Numbered from the stretch's first letter, positions 49,653 through 59,192 are shown. The stretch is DNA of 64,000 nucleotides from Bacteroidales bacterium UBA5072 (GCA_002415855.1 DIAS01000040.1:32114-96113); one strand, 5' to 3'. Numbers and translations are program-made. Notes: generated by a model from the letters alone, not told the origin.

Positions 49653-50003
49653 ATGATTACAATTGCAGATATAGTTAGTAATTTGAATAGCAGCGTTTTA
49701 GCTGGTTCAGATAAACTGCAGCGGCCGGTGAAGGGTGCATATGCGTCCGATCTGCTGAGCGATGTGATGGGCAAGGCCCGTGAGGGGGAGTTGTGGATTA
49801 CCATGCAGACACACAAAAACATCATTGCAGTGGCTTCCCTGAAGGACCTGTCCGCCATACTCATTGTCAATGGCGGCAAACCAGATGAAGATACCCTAGC
49901 CACAGCCCAATCGGAGGGTGTTGTGATACTGGGCACTGAAGCCAGGTCATTCAGCACATGTGGCAGACTTTACAAACTGATGGAAGGGGATGCGCTGGTA
50001 TAA
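49653..50003 (+). CDS. DRTGG-domain protein (copy 2)
   Basis: 116 aa. It shares ASDLLSDVM, a central I-T-x hydrophobic strand and GVVILGTE...GRLY with copy 1. Confidence 0.7.
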   Translation: MITIADIVSNLNSSVLAGSDKLQRPVKGAYASDLLSDVMGKAREGELWITMQTHKNIIAVASLKDLSAILIVNGGKPDEDTLATAQSEGVVILGTEARSFSTCGRLYKLMEGDALV

Positions 50004-50730
50004 AGCGGATATGCATTTGCACACTGTGCTTTCTCCCTGTGCTGATCTGGATATGAGTCCGGCTAAGATAATTCAGCAGGCTGTGCGGAAAAAGCTTGAC
50101 ATCATTGCGGTTACTGATCATAACAGTACCCGGCAATGCAGGTTGACCTGTCAGATCGGAGAAAGATACGGAATTACCGTCCTGGCAGGTGCTGAGCTTA
50201 ATACAAAAGAAGAGATTCATTGTCTTGCGTTCTTTGAAAACACGGATAAAGCCGATTTGTTTCAACGGGTGATCGACCGGAACCTGGGTATGATTATCAA
50301 CAAACCGGGAGTTTTTGGGCATCAGCTGATCGTGGACGAGGATGAAAACATCCTGGAGGAAGAGAACCGGTTGCTCTCAGCATCCCTTCATCTGGGTATC
50401 GAAGAACTTGCTGACGTGGTGCATCAGCTTGACGGTATTTTTATTCCTGCACATGTCAACAGGCAATACAACGGCATCTACAGTCAGCTTGGTTTTATTC
50501 CATCCGGGCTTAATGCGGAAGCACTTGAAATAACACGGAACCATAGATATGCCGGATTTCTGGAGGAACATCCGGAGATTTGCCGTTATTGCCTTGTCAC
50601 GAATTCCGACGCTCATAGTCTGGAACAGATCGGGGTATCTGTTACCGGGTATTACATGGAAAGACCGGTTTTCGAAGAAATCAGACTGGCATTGAAAGGA
50701 GAAAATGGCAGAAAGGTAAAACTACTGTGA
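49990..50730 (+). CDS. PHP-domain metal-dependent phosphoesterase
   Basis: PHP motifs DMHLHTVLS, AVTDHNS, IPAHV and NSDAHS. It overlaps the upstream gene by 14 nt. Confidence 0.8.
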   Translation: MRWYKADMHLHTVLSPCADLDMSPAKIIQQAVRKKLDIIAVTDHNSTRQCRLTCQIGERYGITVLAGAELNTKEEIHCLAFFENTDKADLFQRVIDRNLGMIINKPGVFGHQLIVDEDENILEEENRLLSASLHLGIEELADVVHQLDGIFIPAHVNRQYNGIYSQLGFIPSGLNAEALEITRNHRYAGFLEEHPEICRYCLVTNSDAHSLEQIGVSVTGYYMERPVFEEIRLALKGENGRKVKLL

Positions 50731-51275
50731 AAGACATCTCTTACCATATACTCGATATCGTCAGGAACTCCCTCAATGCCGGAGCCCGAATGGTTGAGAT
50801 ACACATCCTTGAATACAGCCAGACCGGTCAGCTCGTGCTGAAGATCAAAGACAACGGCAGCGGAATGAAGGAAGAGATGATTAACAAGGTGACGGATCCC
50901 TTCTTTACCACCTCGGTAAAGAAGAAGGTAGGGCTCGGACTTCCCTTGCTGAAGCAAAATGCTGAACTGACAGGCGGCAGGTTCAGCATTGAATCGGCAG
51001 TGCAAAAAGGCACCCTTGTGGAGGCCGTTTTCAACCTGCATCACATCGACATGATTCCGATCGGTGATCTGGCCCTGACTTTCAGAACGCTGATCGCATC
51101 GTCTCCCGATACGGATTTCCTTTACAGGTATCGTGTGGATGACTGCGGATTCGATCTGGACACAGCTGAGATCCGCATGAGGCTTGAAGGGGTGAGCCTT
51201 AATACGCGTGAAGTTCTGGACTATGTGACCGATGCTATCCATGCAAATTTAAAGGCATTGAAAGGATGGAAATGA
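50727..51275 (+). CDS. histidine-kinase-like ATPase domain protein lacking a DHp/His-phosphotransfer domain
   Basis: The GTG start overlaps the upstream stop (GTGA). N-box DIVRNSLNAG, G1 DNGSGM, F-box DPFFTT and G2 GLGLPLL, followed by an ~80-aa unassigned C-terminal region. Confidence 0.7.
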   Translation: MKDISYHILDIVRNSLNAGARMVEIHILEYSQTGQLVLKIKDNGSGMKEEMINKVTDPFFTTSVKKKVGLGLPLLKQNAELTGGRFSIESAVQKGTLVEAVFNLHHIDMIPIGDLALTFRTLIASSPDTDFLYRYRVDDCGFDLDTAEIRMRLEGVSLNTREVLDYVTDAIHANLKALKGWK

Positions 51276-51395
51276 CCTATAAAGTATTTAATAAGACCAT
51301 TTATAAATTGACGATTCACGAAGAAAATTAAAAGGTAAAAGAATTTTATTCAGCACATTAGAAATAAATTTATAGAATCAATAATCAAACAAATT

Positions 51396-51788
51396 ATGGA
51401 CAAAATAAGAAATCTTGCCGATCTGAGAGAGCTGAAGGACAAGCTTCAGTCGAAAACGAAGCTGCGGGACAAAAGTGAAACGCCCGAGCAAATGGTGCAG
51501 ATCAAAGTGGCCATGGCTACTTGCTGTATTGCTTCGGGTTCGAGAGAGACCATGAACTATATTGTTGACGAGCTGGATAAACGGAACATTGACGCCGTAG
51601 TAACCCAAACCGGATGCATGGGTTATTGTTATGCTGAACCGACGGTTGAAGTGATCCTGCCTGGCAAAGAACCGATGGTTTTTGGCTATGTAGATTCCAG
51701 GAAGGCCGACGAGATCATCGAGAAGTACATCAAAGGAGGCATGCTGGTTGAAGGAATCATACCGGTTAACTATAAGAAAATTGACTAA
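51396..51788 (+). CDS. thioredoxin-like [2Fe-2S] ferredoxin-type small hydrogenase subunit (HndB-like)
   Basis: 130 aa with Cys pairs ATCCIASG and TGCMGYCYAEP in a thioredoxin-like ferredoxin layout. It is first gene of the structural hydrogenase block. Confidence 0.65.
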   Translation: MDKIRNLADLRELKDKLQSKTKLRDKSETPEQMVQIKVAMATCCIASGSRETMNYIVDELDKRNIDAVVTQTGCMGYCYAEPTVEVILPGKEPMVFGYVDSRKADEIIEKYIKGGMLVEGIIPVNYKKID

Positions 51789-51800
51789 TTCATAAAACTT

Positions 51801-51806
51801 AGGAGG
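51801..51806 (+). promoter_or_regulatory. Shine-Dalgarno-like AGGAGG ahead of the NuoF-like gene
   Basis: Perfect AGGAGG lies 9 nt upstream of ATG 51816. Comparable sites are absent ahead of most other genes I inspected in this window. Confidence 0.4.
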
Positions 51807-51815
51807 CAAATATCC

Positions 51816-53609
51816 ATGGCGGATTATAAAATTCATTTGCTGGTTTGCGGAGGTACGGGATGCAAATCTTCAGAAAGCCAGATCCTGGCAGAACACCTGC
51901 GCAATGAGATCGGGAACCAGGGACTCAAGGACTACGCACAGGTTGTTGGTACAGGGTGTTTTGGTTTCTGTGAAAAGGGACCTATTGTAAAGATCATTCC
52001 GGACAATACCTTTTACACCCAGGTAAAGCCTGAGGACGCAAAAGAGATAGTTGAAGAGCACATCGTCAAGGGCCGCAAAGTATCGCGTTTGTTGTATAAA
52101 GATCCAAAAACTGAAAAGATCATCACCGATTCGAAGGGGATGGAGTTCTATAAGAAGCAGGTGAGGATAGCCCTGCGCAACTGCGGTGTAATTGACCCCG
52201 AGAACATTGAAGAGTACATTGCCCGTGACGGTTATTCCGCGTTGGGTAAGGTTTTGACCTCCATGACCCCGGAGGAGACCATTGAGATCATCAAGAAATC
52301 GGGCCTTCGCGGAAGAGGCGGTGCAGGATTTCCCACGGGTTTGAAATGGGAGATCACCCGGCAGTCGCCCGGAAAGGAGAAATATGTGGTTTGTAACGCC
52401 GATGAAGGTGACCCCGGAGCATTTATGGACCGTTCGATCCTGGAAGGTGATCCCCATTCGGTGATCGAAGCGATGGCGATAAACGGTTTTTGTACAGGTG
52501 CTTCCAACGGTTTGGTGTATATACGGGCTGAGTATCCGTTGGCCATCGACCGGCTGAAAAATGCCATTGACCAGGCCAGACATTACGGGCTACTGGGAGA
52601 GAAGATATTCGGAACAGATTTCTGCTTTGATATCACCCTGCGGTATGGGGCCGGGGCATTTGTTTGTGGCGAGGAAACAGCCCTGATACACTCCATGGAA
52701 GGCGGGCGTGGTGAACCCACCATGAAACCCCCTTTCCCCTCTGTTAAAGGATATCTGGGAAAGCCAACCAATGTAAACAATGTTGAAACATTTGCCAGTG
52801 TGCCGGTGATCATCAACAAGGGATTCGAATGGTACAGCAGCATCGGAACCGAAAAGTCAAAAGGGACGAAAGTATTTGCCCTTGCCGGCAAGGTAAACAA
52901 TGTGGGGCTCATTGAGGTTCCCATGGGCATAACCCTGCGTGAAGTAATATTTGAGATTGGCGGTGGCATTAAGAACGGAAAGAAATTCAAGGGTGTTCAG
53001 ATCGGAGGTCCCTCAGGTGGCTGCCTGACCCATAAGCACCTGGATGTCCCTATTGATTATGAAAGTCTTGTGGCTGCCGGCGCCATGATGGGTTCAGGAG
53101 GCATGATCATCATGGACGAAGATGATTGCATGGTGGATGTGGCCAAATATTTTCTTGATTTCACGGTAGATGAATCCTGTGGGAAATGTACTCCCTGCCG
53201 CGTGGGCAACAAGCGGATGCACGAGTTGCTTGTCAACATTACCAAGGGTAACGGCACCAAGGATGATATAGACAGACTCATGAATTTGGGAAATGTTATC
53301 AGGGATACGTCCCTGTGTATGCTCGGGCAATCTGCTCCCAACCCGGTTCTGTCGATCATCGACAACTTCCGTGAAGAATATGAGGCCCACATTGCGGAGA
53401 AAAAGTGTCCCTCAGGTGTTTGTAAAGCGCTCATGATCTACGAGATCGTACCTGAAAACTGCGTGGGTTGTACGGCATGTGCCAGGGCCTGCCCGGTTGG
53501 GGCCATCACCGGCGAGAGGAAAGAAATTCACAGGATTGATCCTTCCTTGTGTATAAAATGCGGTGCATGTATGGACAGGTGTAAATTTAATGCTGTAATC
53601 GTAAATTAA
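51816..53609 (+). CDS. nuoF: NuoF-like flavoprotein subunit of NAD(P)-linked [FeFe]-hydrogenase (HndC/HydB type)
   Basis: N-terminal thioredoxin-like 2Fe-2S (VCGGTGC...GCFGFCEKGP), the FMN/NADH site GLRGRGGAGFPTGLKW, the N3 cluster ESCGKCTPCR, and C-terminal 2x[4Fe-4S] (CVGCTACARACP, CIKCGACMDRC). Confidence 0.9.
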   Translation: MADYKIHLLVCGGTGCKSSESQILAEHLRNEIGNQGLKDYAQVVGTGCFGFCEKGPIVKIIPDNTFYTQVKPEDAKEIVEEHIVKGRKVSRLLYKDPKTEKIITDSKGMEFYKKQVRIALRNCGVIDPENIEEYIARDGYSALGKVLTSMTPEETIEIIKKSGLRGRGGAGFPTGLKWEITRQSPGKEKYVVCNADEGDPGAFMDRSILEGDPHSVIEAMAINGFCTGASNGLVYIRAEYPLAIDRLKNAIDQARHYGLLGEKIFGTDFCFDITLRYGAGAFVCGEETALIHSMEGGRGEPTMKPPFPSVKGYLGKPTNVNNVETFASVPVIINKGFEWYSSIGTEKSKGTKVFALAGKVNNVGLIEVPMGITLREVIFEIGGGIKNGKKFKGVQIGGPSGGCLTHKHLDVPIDYESLVAAGAMMGSGGMIIMDEDDCMVDVAKYFLDFTVDESCGKCTPCRVGNKRMHELLVNITKGNGTKDDIDRLMNLGNVIRDTSLCMLGQSAPNPVLSIIDNFREEYEAHIAEKKCPSGVCKALMIYEIVPENCVGCTACARACPVGAITGERKEIHRIDPSLCIKCGACMDRCKFNAVIVN

Positions 53610-53620
53610 TTATTTGAAAA

Positions 53621-55396
53621 ATGGAAATGGTAAAACTCACAATAGATAATAAGCAGGTTGAAGTTCCCAGGGGGACAACAATTTACAAAGCAGCCAAGCT
53701 GGTTGGTGTGGAGATTCCTGTGCTTTGTTACATGGACCTGAAAGACCTTAATATTGAACATAAACCGGGCGGTTGCCGTGTATGCGTAGTTGAAGTGGAA
53801 GGGCGCCGGAACCTGGCACCCAGTTGTTCCACGGAGGTTACGGAAGGAATGGTTGTAAAAACACATTCCATCAGGGTGCTGAACGCCCGCAGAACAGTCC
53901 TGGAACTCCTGCTCTCCGATCATCCCAAGGAATGTCTCACCTGTGCCAAATCGGGCAACTGCGATCTGCAAAACATGGCGATCAAGATGGGCATACGGGA
54001 AATTCACAACGAGGATATTGCAGAGATGTCTACTTACCGCATGGACACCTCCCCGGCCATCATCCGCGATTTGAACAAGTGCATTATGTGCCGCCGCTGC
54101 GAGACCATGTGCAACGATTTTCAGACCGTCGGGGCGTTGTCTGCCATCAATCGTGGTTTCATGTCAGTTGTGGCACCTGCCTTTGAAATGGACCTGGAAG
54201 ATTCGGTGTGCACTTATTGCGGACAGTGCGTGGCTGTTTGCCCCACCGGTGCACTTACCGAGGTGGATCATACACGCCAGCTGATTCGTGACCTGGCCAA
54301 TCCGTCCAAGACTGTAATTGTACAGACTGCCCCGGCTGTAAGAGCTGCCCTGGGTGAAATGTTTGACCTGCCTGCCGGTACGCTGGTTACCGGGAAGATG
54401 GTAGCTGCTTTGAGAAGACTTGGCTTTAAATACGTTTTCGATACCGATTTCAGCGCTGACCTTACCATAATGGAAGAGGGAACTGAACTGCTCGATAGGC
54501 TTTCCCGTCACCTGAGCGGGGACAAAAATGTTAAACTGCCCATTCTTACCTCTTGCTGTCCCGGGTGGGTGAACTTCTTTGAATCACAATTCATCGATAT
54601 GCTGGAAATTCCGTCTACTGCCCGTTCACCTCAGCAGATGTTCGGTTCAATAGCCAAAACATATTTTGCCGATAAGATCAGTGTAAAACGTAAGGATCTG
54701 GTTGTGGTCTCCATTATGCCCTGTCTAGCAAAGAAGTATGAATGCACACGAGATGAATTCAAGGTGGATGGCAATCCCGACGTAGATTATTCAGTTTCCA
54801 CACGAGAACTTGCCCACCTCATCAAACAGGCCAACATCGAATTCCACAGCCTGCCCGAAGAGGAATTCGACAATCCTTTGGGGGAATCAACAGGAGCAGG
54901 TGTCATATTCGGAGCTACAGGCGGTGTTATTGAAGCTGCGGTAAGAACGGCTTACGAATTATTCACCAAAAAGAAGCTTGAAAAAGTAGACTTCATGGAA
55001 CTGCGCGGCATGGACGGGATCCGTGAAGCCACCATTGATTTTAACGGTCTGCCGGTCAAGATAGGCATCGCTCATGGATTGGGCAATGCCCGTAAACTCC
55101 TCGAAGATATCCGGAGCGGTAAATCAAGCTACCACGCTATCGAGATCATGGCCTGTCCGGGTGGATGTATCGGAGGTGGTGGTCAGCCCCTGCACCACGG
55201 AAATATTGAAATTCTGAAGCAAAGGACGGCTGCCATATACCGGGAGGATGCCAGCAAGCCCATCCGGAAATCTCATGAGAATCCTTATATCGTGAAGTTG
55301 TATGAAGAATTCCTGGGAAAACCCATGAGCGAAAAATCGCACAAGCTTCTCCATACGCACTATGTAGATAAAAGTAAAAAAATCATTTACATTTGA
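53621..55396 (+). CDS. hydA: [FeFe]-hydrogenase catalytic subunit (group A, M3-type; HndD/HydA)
   Basis: N-terminal 2Fe-2S domain, the His-ligated cluster HPKECLTCAKSGNC, and two 4Fe-4S motifs. All three H-cluster motifs are intact: TSCCPGWV, MPCLAKKYE and EIMACPGGCIGGGGQP. A C-terminal small-subunit-like tail is present. Confidence 0.93.
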   Translation: MEMVKLTIDNKQVEVPRGTTIYKAAKLVGVEIPVLCYMDLKDLNIEHKPGGCRVCVVEVEGRRNLAPSCSTEVTEGMVVKTHSIRVLNARRTVLELLLSDHPKECLTCAKSGNCDLQNMAIKMGIREIHNEDIAEMSTYRMDTSPAIIRDLNKCIMCRRCETMCNDFQTVGALSAINRGFMSVVAPAFEMDLEDSVCTYCGQCVAVCPTGALTEVDHTRQLIRDLANPSKTVIVQTAPAVRAALGEMFDLPAGTLVTGKMVAALRRLGFKYVFDTDFSADLTIMEEGTELLDRLSRHLSGDKNVKLPILTSCCPGWVNFFESQFIDMLEIPSTARSPQQMFGSIAKTYFADKISVKRKDLVVVSIMPCLAKKYECTRDEFKVDGNPDVDYSVSTRELAHLIKQANIEFHSLPEEEFDNPLGESTGAGVIFGATGGVIEAAVRTAYELFTKKKLEKVDFMELRGMDGIREATIDFNGLPVKIGIAHGLGNARKLLEDIRSGKSSYHAIEIMACPGGCIGGGGQPLHHGNIEILKQRTAAIYREDASKPIRKSHENPYIVKLYEEFLGKPMSEKSHKLLHTHYVDKSKKIIYI

Positions 55397-55426
55397 CAGG
55401 TATTAATTTTAAAGGGATAACACAAC

Positions 55427-55912
55427 ATGTCTAGAATAAAAGTTGAACTGAAGAAGAAGGATGTGGATACCATTAGGGAAATATGCAAGTCCTTCGATAA
55501 CCAGCCCGGTGAACTCATCAATGTTTTGCACAAAACGCAGCACACATTCGGATACCTGCCTGCTGAGGTTCAGGAGGTAGTTGCCAAGGAACTGAGTGTA
55601 CCCGTGGCCAAGGTTTACGGCGTTGTCACTTTCTACTCTTTTTTTTCCATGATACCCAAAGGAAAACACCCGATTTCTATTTGCACCGGTACCGCTTGCT
55701 ATGTGAGGGGTGCCGAGAATGTCCTGGCTGAGTTTAAAAAGACCCTGAAGATTGAGGTCGGTGAAACCACTGCGGATGGCAAATTCTCCATCAGCTGCCT
55801 GCGTTGTGTTGGTGCATGCGGCCTTGCTCCCGTGGTGATGGTCGGTGAAAAAACCTATGGCAGGGTATCGCCCGAAATGGTGAAGGATATCCTCAAGGAA
55901 TATGACGAATAG
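55427..55912 (+). CDS. nuoE: NuoE-like [2Fe-2S] subunit of the hydrogenase (HndA/HydC type)
   Basis: NuoE pattern ICTGTACYVRG ... CLRCVGACGLAPV. 161 aa, last gene of the block. Confidence 0.88.
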   Translation: MSRIKVELKKKDVDTIREICKSFDNQPGELINVLHKTQHTFGYLPAEVQEVVAKELSVPVAKVYGVVTFYSFFSMIPKGKHPISICTGTACYVRGAENVLAEFKKTLKIEVGETTADGKFSISCLRCVGACGLAPVVMVGEKTYGRVSPEMVKDILKEYDE

Positions 55913-55938
55913 CTGTTAGAAACAGGGAGATCACAGGA

Positions 55939-55972
55939 CAGGGGCGTATCACATGATGCGCCCCTGCTTTTT
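55939..55972 (+). terminator. rho-independent terminator of the hydrogenase operon
   Basis: 8-bp GC-rich stem CAGGGGCG / CGCCCCTG with a 12-nt loop, followed by CTTTTT. Confidence 0.7.
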
Positions 55973-56101
55973 ATGTCACACCGGAAAATATTCCATCTTC
56001 TTTTTGAGTTATTTGTCGAGAATGGAATTTATACCAATGTAACCCATCAGGTAGAAATTCGTAATAGCATTGTGTATTTATTTATTAACACACCGAACAC
56101 C

Positions 56102-56230
56102 ATGAAAAAAGTAATAATGGTACTGATCACGGCATTCTTTCTGATCGCTATGCTGGCATCATGCAACAAGAACGTATGCCCTGCATACGTTATGGATGGT
56201 ACGACCGAGCAGGCAGAAAACAATGGTTAG
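56102..56230 (+). CDS. 42-aa mini-lipoprotein (paralog 1)
   Basis: An internal ATG of listed ORF 55973-56230 gives MKKVIMVLITAFFLIAMLASC (signal plus lipobox LASC), followed by NKNVCPAY. It is paralogous to 56285-56425. Confidence 0.55.
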   Translation: MKKVIMVLITAFFLIAMLASCNKNVCPAYVMDGTTEQAENNG

Positions 56231-56284
56231 CCCTTTTTATTACTGGCCTTTTTTGCTAATTTTATATCATAAAACAAAAAAATC

Positions 56285-56425
56285 ATGACTGTCAGAAAAT
56301 TTTTTATTTCCTTGTTTTTTTTAGCCTTAATTGCTCTTACCTTTGTAGCCTGCAGCGGTACAAAGAATGTTTGTCCGGCTTATACCCTGGAAACGACGCA
56401 AGCGCCTGCCAATCCCAACAGTTAG
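56285..56425 (+). CDS. 46-aa mini-lipoprotein (paralog 2; below ORF-track size cutoff)
   Basis: Hand translation: MTVRKFFISLFFLALIALTFVACSGTKNVCPAYTLETTQAPANPNS. It has a signal plus lipobox-like FVAC and the shared motif KNVCPAY. Confidence 0.5.
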   Translation: MTVRKFFISLFFLALIALTFVACSGTKNVCPAYTLETTQAPANPNS

Positions 56426-56502
56426 AAGGCAGCCTGGTATCATTTTTTAGGTAATTCCGGCGATTCATTGTATCGGCAGAATTAACTTAACAATTTCCTG
56501 CA

Positions 56503-57315
56503 TTGAAGAAATTTGTTGTTTTTCTGCTTTTTACGTTGTTCAGCCTGTCAGCGTTTACCCAGGGTGAAATTGACACGCAGGAAAAAATCCTGTATCAGAA
56601 TGAAAGGAGCTTTTCGCTTTCCTTGAACTCTAATGGTTTCGGGGGAGGATATCGTTTCGGAAAAAGAAAAACCTATCTCAATAAGGTTATATACGACTTC
56701 GATTTTGCCTATATCAAGCATCCGAAGGAAGTCAAGATATCTGCCTCTCCCACGTCTTACTCCAGCAACAGAAAATACGTTTATGGGAAGACCAATCTGT
56801 TTGTAAATTTCAGACCTTCCATTGGTTTGCAGCGCGAGGTTTTTTCCAAGGAAGACCGTGGCAGCATTGCAGTGAGATATTACGGCAGCATCGGCCCCAG
56901 TATCGGGATCACCAAACCTGTTTACTACAACTTTTATATTATTGGTATTTATAATAATGAGTACTACATTATTGATACACGTGTCGAGAAGTTTGAATTC
57001 GTCCAGCACCCGCAGACAAAGGAGATTGCCGGGCGTGCTCCCATTTGGAAAGGATTTGATGAACTCGCCGTTTATCCCGGATTGCATGCCAAGGCCGGCA
57101 TAAGTTTCGAATACAGTTCTGTTAACCGGCTGATCAATGCCATAGAGGTTGGTATGGTTTTCGATGCCTTTGCCAAGAAGGTTCCCATCATGTATACCGA
57201 TTACAACAGCCAGTTCTACCTGACCTTATTTGTCAGCTACCGGTTTGGCTGGGTAATCGACAAAAAGTACAAAACCCCGAAGATCACCAAGGAAGGAGAG
57301 TTGCAGCAGGATTAG
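56503..57315 (+). CDS. hypothetical secreted/outer-membrane protein (TTG start)
   Basis: Signal peptide KKFVVFLLFTLFSLSAFTQ. It is rich in amphipathic beta-strand-like Y/F-alternating segments. No family was recognised. The only in-frame start near the signal peptide is TTG 56503. Confidence 0.5.
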   Translation: MKKFVVFLLFTLFSLSAFTQGEIDTQEKILYQNERSFSLSLNSNGFGGGYRFGKRKTYLNKVIYDFDFAYIKHPKEVKISASPTSYSSNRKYVYGKTNLFVNFRPSIGLQREVFSKEDRGSIAVRYYGSIGPSIGITKPVYYNFYIIGIYNNEYYIIDTRVEKFEFVQHPQTKEIAGRAPIWKGFDELAVYPGLHAKAGISFEYSSVNRLINAIEVGMVFDAFAKKVPIMYTDYNSQFYLTLFVSYRFGWVIDKKYKTPKITKEGELQQD

Positions 57316-57424
57316 CATGACAGTCCTGTCATGCTGGTATCCGATAACTGCCAGAATCAAGGCATGAATGCTTAGGCTTCATTCAATTCCAATGATTTCT
57401 CTTTCGGAAATACCTATTTTTTTA

Positions 57425-57432
57425 TAACTTTG
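57425..57432 (+). promoter_or_regulatory. candidate -7 promoter box for gap
   Basis: TAACTTTG matches TAnnTTTG, 58 nt upstream of ATG 57491. Confidence 0.35.
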
Positions 57433-57481
57433 CATTTCGATGAATAGATATTCTGTCAACTTTTTATAACCAATTAATTAA

Positions 57482-58498
<1,017 letters not shown>

Positions 58499-58562
58499 AC
58501 CCTCAGGGATTACGGCCAAAGGTTTTCCTGCCGGAGGTCTTATTTTCTTAGGATGTATAAAG

Positions 58563-58596
58563 TCCCGAAGGTCCTCGTACCTTCGGGATTTTTTTT
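58563..58596 (+). terminator. rho-independent terminator of gap
   Basis: 9-bp stem TCCCGAAGG / CCTTCGGGA with an 8-nt loop, followed by T8. Confidence 0.75.
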
Positions 58597-58730
58597 GGAT
58601 GGCCAATCCGGAATCTGCCGTATGTGTGTTTTTAACCAGACAGGCGCCATTAATAAATGTCAAAATCTCCATATATTTACTTAGAGAAATAGAATAGATG
58701 TTATTTTTTCAGGCACAAATCCCTACCGCT

Positions 58731-59156
58731 ATGAAGGTTAATCTCCTTAAAAATATTCATCTTGCAGGAATCGTGTTGGGTAGTTCTATCCTGTTGTGGT
58801 CTGCTTCCTGTACACACGAACCTGCTGATATTGGCGAACTCGACACGGTATGCTTTGATTCCCAGGTTTTACCGCTTCTTCAAACCTCCTGCGGTATGTC
58901 TGGTTGTCATGGCAGCGGATACTCGCAGGAAGGTTTTGATGTAAGCAATTACCAGACGATCATGCAGGCTGTGTCACCCGGTGATCCCCGGGGCAGTGAA
59001 TTGTATAAGGTTATCACCAATATCAACGGTGAAAATATGATGCCTCCCGACCTGCCGCTGACAAAAGAACAACGAACCATTATACAGGTATGGATTGCCC
59101 AGGGTGCCGGTGAAACATCATGTGAAACCGGTTTTATCATGAAACCGGTAAATTGA
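58731..59156 (+). CDS. PSCyt1-like (Planctomycete cytochrome c-type) single-domain lipoprotein with CX4CH
   Basis: The preferred start ATG 58731 gives a signal plus lipobox WSASC. The PSCyt1-like pattern is VLPLLQTSCGMSGCHG ... SPGDPRGSELYKVI ... MMPP ... LTKEQRTIIQVWIAQGA. Confidence 0.6.
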   Translation: MKVNLLKNIHLAGIVLGSSILLWSASCTHEPADIGELDTVCFDSQVLPLLQTSCGMSGCHGSGYSQEGFDVSNYQTIMQAVSPGDPRGSELYKVITNINGENMMPPDLPLTKEQRTIIQVWIAQGAGETSCETGFIMKPVN

Positions 59157-59192
59157 CCAGTTGGTAATCAGGTATATAACATCATTACGCGT

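Noticed and set aside
57314-57335. Perfect 10-bp palindrome AGCATGACAG-TC-CTGTCATGCT overlapping the stop codon of 56503-57315.
   Set aside because: It has no U-tract afterwards and a 2-nt spacer, so it may simply be a weak terminator or a protein-binding palindrome. I could not support either from sequence alone.
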